Below are positions 30,700 to 43,243 of a DNA stretch of 64,000 nucleotides, in pieces (position 1 is the stretch's first letter; each line of letters opens with the position of its first letter). Origin of the DNA: Cyanophora paradoxa CCMP329 (taxonomy: Eukaryota > Plantae > Glaucophyta); the NCBI GenBank assembly GCA_004431415.1, contig QPMI01000423.1:186001-250000 (forward strand), read 5' to 3'. The position numbers and the translations under genes were made by a program. Below the pieces are notes generated by a model. That model searched no databases. It worked only from the letters and a program-made list of their open reading frames with translations, and had not been told where the DNA came from.

Positions 30700-33666
30700 A
30701 TGCATTGGCAGGGCTTACCACACGTGAGTGTGGGCTTGTAAAATTTAAAGTGCAATAAAAAATGTGAACGGCTTTTTGCAGGTGTCAGTACAGGACCAGT
30801 CCGAAATCGAGTCTTCACGCATCAACTTGCGTGAGATCGATAGGACGGTGCGGCAGTTTCAGAACCTCGTGGCTGGGAATTCGAAAGGCATCTCGAAAAC
30901 AGAGGTCAGCTGGCGCTTCCGAGTTCTTCAGTAAACAGACGAACTTGACGAACGAACGACTTTATTTGCAGATCTCGTTGACGGTTGCAAAAGTCGGAGT
31001 GCAGGATCTCACGCTGATCGATCTGCCGGGCTTGGTGCATATTGCTGTCGGCGGGCAGGCGGAGACCGTGCCGAGCGACATTCGCGGTGAGTTACTGGAG
31101 ATACAAATCCCATATGATTCGATATGAAATCGAGCTCTGACAATAAGATGGGCGCAGAGATGATTCGGAAGTACATCGCGCCCACAGAAGCTGTCATCCT
31201 CTGCATCGTCCTCGCAGGAGTGTGCCTCGCCATCGTCCATGAACCTCTCACACTGATCCGTGTTTAAAATAGAGATGTACTTCAGGTTGACCCGGAGACC
31301 AGCGAGGCTCTCAAGTTGGCGCGCGAGCACGACAAGGCGGGCGAGCGCACCGCCGTTGTTTTCACCAAGGCGAGTACTAGTGTCAAACCAATTGCGAATC
31401 GATAACGAGTCTTCGATTTCGAGCGGGTCTCATGTTCATGGCACGCTGGCAGGCGGACGAGTGCTCCGGTGGTCTCGGCATGCGAATCAAGAAAATCCGG
31501 GATGGGGAGTCGGTGAGCTACGGGTCGATTTTCAACCATGCACCATGAAATTCTCTTACACAGATTGCAGGTGAACGTCGGACTGGGCCTGGTGAATATG
31601 AAGGATACAAATAATGTTCTTTTCCTTCGATTGCTGAGACTCGCTCACAGGTCATGATCCGCAACCGCTCACAAGCCGAACTGGACTCAAAATTATCTGC
31701 GGACGACATCGACAACCTCGAGCGCAAGTTTTTTGAGTCCTGCCCGGACGCGGAAATTCTGAAAGAGTGCTCCGGTGTGGATGCTCTCTCGACTCTGCTT
31801 GTGCGGGTCCAGAGCGAGCGAATTGGCAAGCTGCTGCCTGCATTCCGCGAGCGAGTGAAGGAGCGGCTGCGGGAGCAGCGGCGGCACCTCGAGAATATGC
31901 CGCGCTCCGTATCGGGCGACCCTGCGGCGGCGGCGGCGGAGTTCATGCATCTCGTGACCGGTTTCAGGCGTGCACTTTTTTATATTAACTATTCGCGTAA
32001 TATTTGCGATACCGCGATATCTTTATCTAGATGTAGATCGACTACTGTACGCTTGCTAACGTTGGTTCGCAGCCGGACTGTCGAAACGCTGCTAGCTGGA
32101 GGCCTCGAAATGGACTTCGATATTGGCAAAGGTTTCATTCTTACTTATCGATCTTGCCATGCAACGCTTACGCTGTTGAGAACGCTCAGATGAGAATCCC
32201 GAGGAATTCTTTCTGGCGGCCCGGCTTCTGGAGCGCTATGAAGCCATCATGGGGAAGCTCTACAAATGCAAGCCAAAGTTCTTCTCGAAAGAATACGCCT
32301 CTTTGGTGTGAATCTGAGCTTAAACATTTGCGATTGTATTTCTGTCCACGTGCAATTGAGACCACTGGTTCTCATAGGTTGAGACCGCGCTAAGGAACAG
32401 CCGCGGGGCGAGCTTGCCCAACTTCATTACGATGCCTGCTTTCAAGAAATTGTTTAGCGCAGAGCTTGAGAAGTTCAAAGATCCGGCGTATTCGTGAGTG
32501 CACTCTTTGACAATTGCAATGTGATGCTCCATTTGACATATAATTGCATCAGGTGCCTGGCCGATGTCAAGGCGCGTCTGGAGACAACTCTCTTGAAGAT
32601 TGCCGAATCCAAGTTTCGGAGCTACCCAGCTCTCCTCGAACAAGCGACAAACCTTCTTCAGGCGAGTCATTGAGTAACGAATTCTGTGAAATAATCGCGT
32701 ATTCCGTGCCCAGAATATGATGGACGGAACCGAAAAAGTCACCAAAGATGAGATCGCCAAGTTAATTTGCCAAGAGGTGCAAACTTCGAATATAAATCGG
32801 ATATATATATTTATATTAGGGCGCCCGGCGGCCAGCCGCGGCTTTCATGTTCAATGAATTTAAATATTTTCGTCACAGGAGCACCCCTTTACATTGAATT
32901 CTTATTACGAAGGCACACTCAACAATCTCGGAGTAAGACCCATCAACATTTAATTTATAAATCAATTGCTGGAAAGATGATTGGCTGATTTTGAACCAAT
33001 TATATACGCAGGCTCAAGTCGCCACCGAGCGCGAACAGGAAAAGACGCAGCAGATGCGCACGCAGCAAGGCCTGGTCGCAGCCGTGAAGGCGTTCTTTAC
33101 CGTGAAGGAGCCCGACGGCGAGAATCTCGAGGTAGAGAAAGAGGCGCTCAAACAGCGCCCAGACGTCCTCCAGATGCAGGTGCGCATCCAATTTCAAGTT
33201 AATATAAAGCGTTTTACTTGTCTGATTGAGCCTGGTTTTGCTAGACATCCCTCGCGAGCTACTGGAAGATTGTCTACAAACGCTTTTGCGACTTCATTCC
33301 GATGCGCATCAATGTCTGCGGCCCGGGCTCTCTTTTCTCGATCCATATGTGCAGTTCTGAACTGCTGAACTTCGGAATATGCGCAGTTGTGCATGTGTGT
33401 TCCGCTGCAGAAGGAACTCATTCCGCGTCTTTCGGCTCTCAAGGACGGCGAAGGGTGCGTGCGCGTTTCGGCTCTCAAGGACTGCTCTCACGTTCATGCG
33501 CAGCTCGCTGGACGCACTCATGGCGGAGCCGCCGGCGGTGCTCCGCCGCCGCAATGAGCTGGAGCGCAGCGTCAAGAGCCTCGCGGAGGCGCAGGAGATC
33601 CTCTCGCGGACGGGCGCCGCAGCTGGGCACATGCAAGCTGGCAGCAAGCGCTCGCGCGCGCCCTGA
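30700..33666 (+). CDS. Mx-like/dynamin-family GTPase, multi-exon; G1 P-loop exon not found (possibly 5'-truncated pseudogene)
   Basis: Spliced reading: WQG..VSVQD..QNLVAGNSKGIS, DLTLIDLPG (G3), MIRKYI..VILC, EALKLAREHD..GERT..VFTKAD (G4), IRNRSQ, GED-like SYWKIVYKRFCDFIP and RRNELERSVKSLAEAQEIL. Start uncertain. Confidence 0.75.
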
Positions 33667-34199
33667 CGTGATTGCGAGAATTCGAAGTGACGGCCGCGGT
33701 CAGCGTCGGGTCCAAGCTGAGCTGCGCTTACGCAAATATGCCTTCCGTCGCACTTAATATTTTTCCGTATGTGTGGCTAATAAAAGTACGGCCCCTACCC
33801 CTACCTAGATCTGTCTTGCTCTGCCGGGGAACATGCAAACTCTTGTCCATTTGTGCATGTACCCCCGCCCAGTATCCGTCCGGCTGTACCCCTCCCCCAC
33901 CTCTTCCGCATCCTTCCGGTCCTTCTGTCTGTACCCGCCCCCCGCGCTAAGAACCTCTTACCCCCCTCCCAGGCTCCACCCGCCCTTCTCCGCCGGCTCT
34001 GTGTTCAAATTAATTTACAATCGAAGCTCGAGTCCGCGGGGTACACTGTCACTGGCCCGGGCGCGCCCGTGCCACCCAGTGGCGCTCGACCTTGCGCTTG
34101 CTGGCGTCGTCGTTCCGCTCATCGCACCTGCCGGCGGGCCGCCGCGCGCCTAAGACGAGATGCGGAGAAGAGGCCTAGGCCTAGGCCTAGGGGGACCGC

Positions 34200-37100
34200 A
34201 GGGCGGTTCGAAGGCCGGGGGCCGGGGCGGACCACTCTATTGATTCTTCGTAGAGGACGCCGCAGATGTGGTACCAGTACAGTTCCAGGCGGGACTTGAG
34301 GCCCCCGGGCAGGCCCCCGGGGAAGAGCGGCGCCAGGGAGGCCTCGAGCTGCGCGCGGGGCGGGCCGGTCAGAGGACGGGTACAGGGGCGTCGAGGCGGG
34401 GCGGGGGGCGGGGGGGGGGTGGGGGGGGGGGGGGGCGCACCCTCTCCTTGGACGACCGCAGCAACGTGACGCCGTCCATTCTCAGGTGGCGGAACCTGGT
34501 GGGAGCAGATCAGATCAGATCAGATCGGATCCGATCAGGTCAGATCAGATCCGATCGAATCAGATGAGCGGGCGCACGCATCGAGCACGGGGGCCCCGAG
34601 GTCGCTCAGGAGGGTGCCCGCCAGCCATTCAAGCACCGCCCCTTCGTCCATCGCCAGCGCGCACCGCAGCTGCGGGCCCGAGTTCGAGTTCGGCGCGACC
34701 GCGGCCGCCGGCGCGCTCAGCTGCGCCTGCGCGACCACCGCCACGTCCAGAGCGCTGCGGGCGAGGCGGCTGAGCTCCCGTGATTGGACAAGTGAAAAGA
34801 GAGGGGGCGAAGCGAACCCGGAGGGGACGACCGGCGGCGCTGCGGCGCTGCTGCTGGACGGGCCGGCCGCGGGAAGGGCTTGATGGACTGCGGGGGGAGG
34901 TGCCTCGCCGGCCTTGCCGGCTGCGGCGGCGGCCGCTGGAGCCGCGGCCGCGGGTTCATCCCAGGCAGGCTGCATCTCCGCCCTGCGTGCGGATTCGAGA
35001 AGCGCACCGTGAGCTCTCGGGGAAGCCAGGGGCAGAGAGGGCAGAGCGCACCCCGCTTCAGACTCCGCATCCACCGCCGAAGCCTGGCCGGGCGTCGAAG
35101 GCGCCCCCGGCGTCGACGGCGCCCCGCGCGACGTGCTGGCGGCCGGGCTCCCAGGGCCCGAGCTTGGGCTCCGCGGGCCCGCGCCGGGGCTGCCCGCCTC
35201 CCGCGGCTGCAGCTGCCCATCCTCGTCCTCGTCGTCCAGGTCGATCGGCTGCTTGAGCCGCTTCGGGGCGGGCCCGTCGTCCTCGGCGACGCCAGCGCCC
35301 TCCTCGGGTGCCGCCTTCCACTCCAGGCGGTCTGCTCGCCGCCTCCGCGAGTGAGCGCTCGCAATGGAAAGGGCGGGGACGCGCCCGCCGCTGACCTGTA
35401 TGGACGACCAGCATCTGGCGCGCGGACGAGGCGAGCTGGGGCCCCCCGAAGAGCACGACGCGGTGGGGCGCCAGGACCGCGGCCGACCAGATCGACTTGT
35501 TGCTCATGAGTGGGCGGAAGAGCTTGTCTGGATCACAGACCTCGACGCTCGCATGGAATCTCCCTGCATGCGATACAGTCACGGGCATGCGGGAGGGCGA
35601 ACAACGGACGGGAGCACCGTTCTGATCGCGGGTGAGGCGGATGCGCTCGAGGCGCTGGGTGGCGCTGCCGCCGTTGGTCTCCAGGACGCCCCCCGCCGTG
35701 AAGATGTACCCGTGCACCTCCCGCGGGTCCTCCTCCCTCCGCTTCTCGAACCAGGCGGCGTGGCGGCCGCGCGGGCGCCAGCCGGGGATCTCGGCCTCCC
35801 TGACCGGCTCGTCTGAAGTAAAGCTCAGGGAATGGAAAGTGCGACAGATCATAAATAATGAGGGAGGGCACACCGGAGAACGGGTCAAACCAGAAGAGGA
35901 CGCTCCTGCACACGGGCTCCCCGGGCGAGAGCCTCTCCTTGCCCTTCCGCTTCCGCCCCGCGTCCGCGCTCGACTCGCCCGCCTTCTGCTGCTGCTGCGC
36001 GTCGCCGGTGATGTACGCGCCGGCGACGACGAACACGAGGCCGGCGCCGTCCGTGACGACGCCCGGGCAGGCGAGGAGGATTCGGCCCTCCGGCAGGGAC
36101 GTGCCGCGCATCGAGAACTGCAGGGCGCCACCTGCGGTCACGGCAAAGGCCACGGTCAGCGGCGACATTCACGCGAATGCAAGGCGAGGTGGCGCGCACG
36201 CTCGACGTGGACGACGCCGATGCGCCGGCACGCGCTCTCCGGCTCGACTCCGCCGGGGCTGAGGAGGGGGACCGCGAGGGCCCGCGCTTCGACGTCGTTG
36301 TCCTCCTCGTGGCCGCACTGGGCGGCGGTACCGGCCGGGTCAGCCTTCGAAAACATGGAATCAGCCTTTGGAATGCAAATGTGCACCTGGAAGCCGCCGA
36401 CGTAGACGAGCGCGTCGCGATGGCGGCGCTGCGGGTCGCGGATGACGACCGCGCCGTGGTAGAGCGAGGGCGACGGGACGTGCGGGTCGCCCTCGGGCGT
36501 CGGGCGGTTCGCCGCGCTTGCGACGGCCTTGACCACGCCTGGGACGTTCGCGAGTAAGCGATATTCACGATATTGGTGCTTTCTGCAAGACTGCGAACCC
36601 GAGGCGTCGGTCTTGAGTTTCAAGAGAGCGAAATCTGCTCGAAGCGTCAAGTGCATTAGATCGAGAGTGATGACGTGCACGTGCACGTGCACGTGGCGGG
36701 CAAGCGAATTCTCGCGGACCGTTGGTGACTTGGCGGCGCTGGCGGCCGTAGTCCTCGTCCTCTGCATCCTCGATCCGGCTCTTCACGGACCCTGCGCGCA
36801 GCGTCATGATCAGGCCTAGAGCGGAATGGCGGAGTCCACGCAGCCGCGCCGCGGACCGAAGCCCAGAACCAGGTGCGGGGCGCCGGTCTCCCGATCCCGA
36901 AGCACACCGGCGACGTGGGCCGACGACGGCGAGATCGGGGGGTCGGAGTCGGGGATGGCCAGACCGCCCACGTCCAGGCTGTTGGCCGGCCCGTCGACGT
37001 CGGGCCAGACCAGGGAGAGCAGGTCGCTCAGCTTCTTCTCCGCCGTCTGCTCGCCGCCGAAGAAGAGGAGCTGGGCACGACGCGTGCCGTCGGCCACGGG

Positions 37101-38716
37101 AACCGCCGCCGGCATGCTGAACATGCGCTTCTTCAGCACATCGCCGTGCGCATCGAGGTTGACGCTGTGCCCGATGTCGTTTCGCGCCGGCAGGCTATCC
37201 AGCAGGGACGGCCGCTCGCGCTTTTTGCTGTACACGATCGCGGGCTCACCACCCGGCGAATACTCCATTGGACAAGTGCGCTGCGGGGAAGGGTCGGGAC
37301 CGGGGCCACTCGCGCAACATTGGGTTGTAGTCGCGTGCACCTTTAGCAGTTTGAACACGTCGAAGGTGGTGCGAGGAGGTGTGACTGGCAGATACAGCTG
37401 GGTGTGGCAGATACCAAGCTCTGCCGGCGCCCTACCTTGCAGGTCCCTAATCAAGCCGTAGACCTGCGGCCGCGCGTTACAACAGCAGTATATTGGGGGG
37501 GAAAGGGGGTAGAGGGACAGTATCGGACAGTTTTGGGGGGCGCGGAGCGGGAGACGGGTGGGCCGGGGAAGGGAAAAAGTCGGAGGGTAGGGGATGGGGC
37601 CGGGGAAGGAGTGGGGGGTGGGGGGGGGGGGTAGGGGGTGGGTGGGGGGGGGGCAGCTAGAGGGAGTGGAGGGCGGCTGTGCAAAGGCAGGCAGGTGAGG
37701 AGAATAGATGGTGAGGCCTAGCGCTGGGCGAATGGCCGGGGGAAGGGGGAGGGGAAGGGGGAGGAGGGGGGCGGGGGGTACTGACCCCGCTAACTGTAGG
37801 TCTTGTCTTATTCAAAGTACATTTCTTGTTTAGTACGACGTCGGCGTAGTGAGGGGCGAGCTGCGCTCGGATTCAGATATTCGAACTGTGAAGGGGCAAT
37901 AAACGTGTGCAGCGTACGCTGATGTGCTGCTCCCTTCGCTCCGCGAACGCAGGGCAGAGGTCGACGGAAACGAACTTGTATTTGCCTTTTGACTGCGATC
38001 CAAGCAGCTTCACAGTCAAGTGGCTTCCGCGGTCACACAAGAAGTTGGACAAAGCACGGACCGGAACACGCGCGATCCGAGAACAAATGCGCCCGAAGCC
38101 TTCGATCTTCTCGTTCATGGCCCAGACCACGACCGCCCCCTTGCCTTCCTCCTGAGCCGGCCCCAGCGCGAGCGCTTCCTCCACGCTCCCGAACGGGCGG
38201 AGAGTGATTCGGTTGAGCTTCTTCTTGTCATCCTCAGTCGCGTCGTCCAGACCTGCAGGGGCGGCGCTCGTTAACCCGGGCGCAAATTCAGTGGCCGCAG
38301 CAAGCTAAACTTTAGCAGACTGAGAGCGCCGGCTCCCGCGGAAGGCTCTGTGTGCTGATCTAGCCCCGGCGCGTGGCGCGATTCAAATTCCTCACCTTCT
38401 GTAATGATCTTTAGCGAGTCGTCCTCATCGCCATCGACACCAGGCGCCGAAGGCTGTGCTTCCGGGACGGCCAGCGCAGCATGCGCTTGCGGCACGACCG
38501 AAGCCGCAGCTGCATGCGCAGCCGCAGCCGCAGGCCCGACACCAGCGCCAGTCGGAGATTGGCGGCTGCGACGGCGCACATGTAAGCTACACGAATGTGC
38601 GAAGGGCATCGGTGATAGCACGAGCACCTGGATGAGCTCGAGCTCGCGCTCGCTTGGCCGCGGGGCTCCTTGCGCTTGTCACGTTCACCGTTCGCCTGGG
38701 CCGCGGAGCGCGCCAT
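34200..38716 (-). CDS. Multi-exon hypothetical protein with probable C-terminal SAM-like domain; exon boundaries approximate
   Basis: Coding-like minus-strand exons (e.g. within 36816-37454, 36156-36570, 35400-35810); C-terminal MDEGAVLEWL...FRHLRMDGVTLL fits the SAM pattern. Confidence 0.45.
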
Positions 38717-39174
38717 CCCTCGACGCCTAGGCGCTCTAACACGTCACGCGGGCACAAGCTGGAGGAATCGGAGATGCGTGGCCCGCGCCGCTGCGCGTAG
38801 GCGCCGGCGCCCTTCGCTTGGCGGCTCGTCGCGGGATCTCAAGCCGATGCGGCCCGCTGCCAGGCCGAGTCGCTCCTGACGCTCAAGCGAACGCTGAGCG
38901 CGCGCTGCTACGATCTACGGCGCGACCTGTCAACTAAGACTCGCGGCTGTACCCGGCGACGACGCTCACGATACCCCCGGATTGCCTTTTTCGCGGCCTT
39001 GAACTCAAATCACGAGTTGCGAGCTCGCACGCTAGTGACGCTACACTAAGACAAGCTAGGGGGCTGCCTGGGCGGGTGGCGGCTGCCTTCGCGGGGCCAC
39101 AGGGCCCTCCCCCCTGCTGAAGCCCGCCGAATCTATGGAGAGCTCCTCCGCCTGTACGTACCCCCCAACGGGAG

Positions 39175-42100
39175 TCAGTACCAGGCGGTGGTCTGAGAAG
39201 GGGGAAGGGACGCACCCCCGCCTCGCCCGCGGGGCCCTCGTCCTCCCCGGCCTCCTCCGAGGCCTGCTCCCCTGCGGCCAGCCAGGCTAAGCTGAGAGGC
39301 GGGCAAGGAAAGGGCGGGCGGCTCGCCTTCGGGGGCCGCGCGGGGCTGCACGGGCGCCCTCGCGCGCGCCTCCGCCTCCAGACGCTCCAACGCCGCCCGC
39401 TCCTCCGCCGACCCCTCCTCCCCCGCCTCCGCCTCCGCCTCCCCGTCCTCCCCCGGCCCCTGCCGCTCCGCCGCGTGAGGAACGCTATGACCAGAGCGGA
39501 GAGGGCGGCGGGGCGCGCCTCGGCTTCCGTCGGGGCGCGGCCCCGCGCCGCCTGCGCCTCTTCCCGCCGCTTCTTCGCCTGCAGCCGTTTCCGTCAGCCG
39601 CGAACGAAGTGGCCGGGAGGGGGGTATGCGCGCCTCGGCGCGGGCCTCGGCGCGGGCGCGCTGGAGGGGTATGTCGCGCTCGATCTTCTCGAGGTCCTGG
39701 ATCAGCTGCTGCGACACCTTCCGCCCGTAGACTGCGCGGGGCGGGGGCGTCAGGACGGCCTCGGACGATCTTGCAAGGGGGAGGGGGGGGCGGGCTCGGA
39801 CGGGAGGAGTGCCTCAAGGCCGTTCTAGAAGAAGGCGACGGGAAGCGGGGCGGGCGCGCGGGCGCCCGCTAGAGCGGGGAAGGGGGCGGAGGGCGGGCGG
39901 GCGCACGGCGGCGGGCGTGCTCGATGATCTCGCGGACGTAGCCCATCTTCATGTCCTCCGTGAAGCGCCGGTGCCCATACACCCGCTGCGCCAGCTTCCG
40001 GTACCAGTCCGCCTGCGAAGGAGGGAGACAAGGATGGGAGCGTGAGGGGCCCGTGACTACTACTCCACTACTCATCAAGGGGGGGGGGGGGGGGGGGGGG
40101 GGCGGGGGGGTAGAGCGGACCGGGACCTGGCGGTGGGCCGAGAAGTCCTCCAGGCAGGCGAGGCAGAGCCGCACGCGGCAGAGCACCACGCACCTGCGAG
40201 GCGCTCGGCGGGGGGCGAGGAGGGGGGGTACGACGACTAAGTGGCGCACGCTTCGTAGAAGAGAGCGAGGGCGAGGCGGTCGGGCTGCACGCCGGCCGCC
40301 TTGCAGCGCTCCACCATCTGCGGGGTACGTGCGCGTCAGCGTTTGTCGGCGCGCGTGGGGCTGCGCGGGGCGCGGTGCGGGGTACGGCTGCGCGCACGGC
40401 GCAGACGCCGTAGAGGTTGTTGGAGTTGTAGTAGCCGATGATGAGGCAGGTGTAGGAGGCGGCCGTCGGCTCCAGCCCGAAGCCCGGCCGGATATCGTCG
40501 AAGGTCTCGTGCGCGCGCGGCAGGTCCCCAAACTGGGGCGAGCGGGGTAAGAAGTAGGAAGTGGGAAGTGAGAAGAAGCGAGGCGCGGGATGGGGGGGGG
40601 CAGGGGTGGGGGGCCGACCAGGGCGCAGCCGAGGGTAATGGCGTTGAGCGCGGCGACGGGCACCGCCTCGCCGTTGTCCCGCATCTGCGTCAGCGTGTAG
40701 TAGGACCTGCGTCCACGCGTGAGGGCGGTCGGGCGGGCCGGGCTGGATTTGGTGGGGTACGCACCCGTCGGCGGAGGCCGCGTCCTTGGCGCAGACGAGG
40801 GCCATGGAGCGGAGCAGGTTGTAGTCGTCCACGGGCCGCGACGTGAGCTGCTCCAGGTACTTGAGGGCCCGCACGCAGGACGCCCAGTCGCCCGAGTTCT
40901 GGTACGCGAACATGAGCGCCTCGACGGAGGCCGGGCACGGCTCCAGGCCGGCCCGCTCCGTCATCTCGTCGTAGATCCGCTGCGCCGTCTCCGTGTCCCC
41001 CGAGCGCGAGCAGGCGTTCAGGAGGCGGATGTAGGCGCCGCGGTCCAGGACCAGCTCCCGCTGGGCGACGAGGCGGAAGGCGTCCAGCGCCTCGGGCAGC
41101 CGGTTCTGCAGGAGACAGGCGACGACGGCCCGCTGGTAGGCCTCGCGGACGGGCAGGTAGAAGTCGTTCGGGTCCTTTCTTAGGGGCGCCATGGCGCGGG
41201 CCAGCGCCGCCGCCTGCTGGCGGGCCGTCTCTGCCGCCGTGGCCTTCAGGTGGTCGTTGGTGACGTCGGCGAGGGATGCGTGGAGCAGGTGGAGCAGGTC
41301 CGAGGCGAGGCCGGCGGCCTGGCCCGCCTGCTCGCAGCTCTTGATCAGGTCCGCCGCCGTGCGCGGGTCCAACGGGATCACCGACTTGTCGCCCGCCTCC
41401 AGCCGCTCCCGCATCTGCGGACAGAACGGACCGCTCAGACTTCTTCGCGCCGTTCAGCTTGGGCGGGCGGGCGGGCGGGCGGGCCTCGCGGGCGACGGGG
41501 GCGGCGGCGGCGAGGTCGAGGCGGTCAAGGCAGATCTTGAGCAGCTTGCGGAAGGCCGGCCGATCCAGCTCGATATTCCACCTGCCGGCAGGGGCCTAAG
41601 CGACCTGCCTGCCTGCAAGCCGGCGGAGCGAGCCGCGAGGCGGGGCGCGGCTGGGCGGGGCGGGGCGGGGCGCACCGCCTGAAGAGCTGCACGCCGCGGG
41701 GCACCCAGACCTCCGCGCCTACCCGCGCCATCGCCTGGGCGCCCTGCGCGCCCCGCACCGCCCCGCGCGTAAGCGGCGAGGGGGAGAAGCAAGGCCAAGG
41801 AAGGAAGGTCCGGCCGCCGCGCACCGCGAGCACGTTGTTGAGAACGAAGCCGTTCGGCGTGATCTTGTAGTCCTGCTCGAAGCGCTCGATGTAGTCCACC
41901 GCTGCTCGATCGATGCGGTTTAGGCGGGGGCGGGGCGGGAGGGGGGTACAGAAGAAGAAAGGAAGGCGCGCACCCTTCTCGGGCTCGCGGGCGGCGGAGC
42001 AGGCGCGGACGAGCACGTCCAACGTGCGCGCATTCGGCTTGAACCCCGCCTCGAGGACGGCGGCGAAGGCCCGCTCGAGGTTGTCAAGGAGCCGCCGGTC

Positions 42101-43169
42101 CACGCGCTCGGCCCGAAGCATCTCCGCGGCCACCGCGTCGCCCAAATTGTGCAGCGCCTGCGTTTTGTATGTGTCGGCCCCGCCCGCCGCGCCCGCCCGC
42201 GGCCCCGCTCGGCGGGCGGGCGGCGCCCCGCACCCTGAGCACGCTCTCCTGGTTCGCCTGGGGATTCAGCGCCGGCCCGCCCTCCTGAATCACCGTGAGC
42301 GCTGGCGCCCGCCGCGCCCCGTCAGCCGAGCAAGCTGTGGGGAGCGTGGGGGGAGAGGGGCCGCGGGGCGGGGCGGCGCACCCCGCACGGGGTCCTTGCC
42401 GAGCTCGCACGCGCGCAGCAGCTGAACCAGCACGTCGCGCGTGAGCGGGAGCCCCGTCGCCGCCTTCATGTCCTCCACGATCTGCGCGGCGGGCGCTGCT
42501 CGGCGGGGGCGCCCCCGCCGGCTCGGCGCAGCCGCGCACCTTGAAGACTGCGTTCAGCTCCTGATCGGCCGGAAGGTGCATCCTGGACGTCAGCCGTTCG
42601 ACGTGCGCCACGAGCTTCTTCTTCTCTTCGTCGAATACGCGCCGCGCAAACTCCACCGGCACGCTGGTCTGCCACGCTTTCGTGCGGCCTCGGTCGCCGT
42701 CCTGTGGCGTGCGCGGCGCATTTCCGCCCTGTACCCGCTCGCTGCTGCGTGCCTTTCGGGCCGCGTCGCTGCTGCTCCCCGCCGGCGCGTCTGGACGCCG
42801 GTCTGACTTCCCTTGGTTCGAGCTGCCGCTGGCCTCTGTGGCGTCGGCGATGGGCTGTAGCCTGTACCTGGAGCGCTCTGAAGTCGAAGGAACGGCGTCG
42901 CCTCGTCCGTCCCTCCACCGGCCGGTCGTGCTGTCTCTGCCAGGCCGATCGCGGGCTGCGGAGCGCCGCGCGTGAGACGAAGGCGGGGAGGCGTGCGCTA
43001 GTGCCGAGCGCAGTTCTCGCGATGCCTCGCGGCGGAGGCGTGCAGGGGAGACCCGCGCACCGGCCGAGTCGAAGACGCGGCTCTGTTTGTATGCGTCCAC
43101 CGCCGACGGAAGCGACAGTCTCCTCGCGCCGACTCGCACTCTGAGCGGGGCCAGCCGGGCGAGCCACAT
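39175..43169 (-). CDS. Pentatricopeptide-repeat (PPR) protein, multi-exon, probable organellar (mitochondrial) presequence
   Basis: [30 protein letters not shown]; [17 protein letters not shown]; [16 protein letters not shown]; N-terminus [20 protein letters not shown]. 3' end approximate. Confidence 0.82.
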
Positions 43170-43243
43170 CTCGCCGGGTCTCGCGGACTCTCGCCTTTGC
43201 GGGGGGTACGGGGAGTTCGCGCGGTCCGCTTGGGAGCGGCAGG

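Noticed and set aside
20276-30818. Dozens of ORF-track calls in the host repeat family and CACTG element
   Set aside because: Arg/Ala/Pro-rich, overlapping in all frames, recur with the repeat period, no domain motifs.
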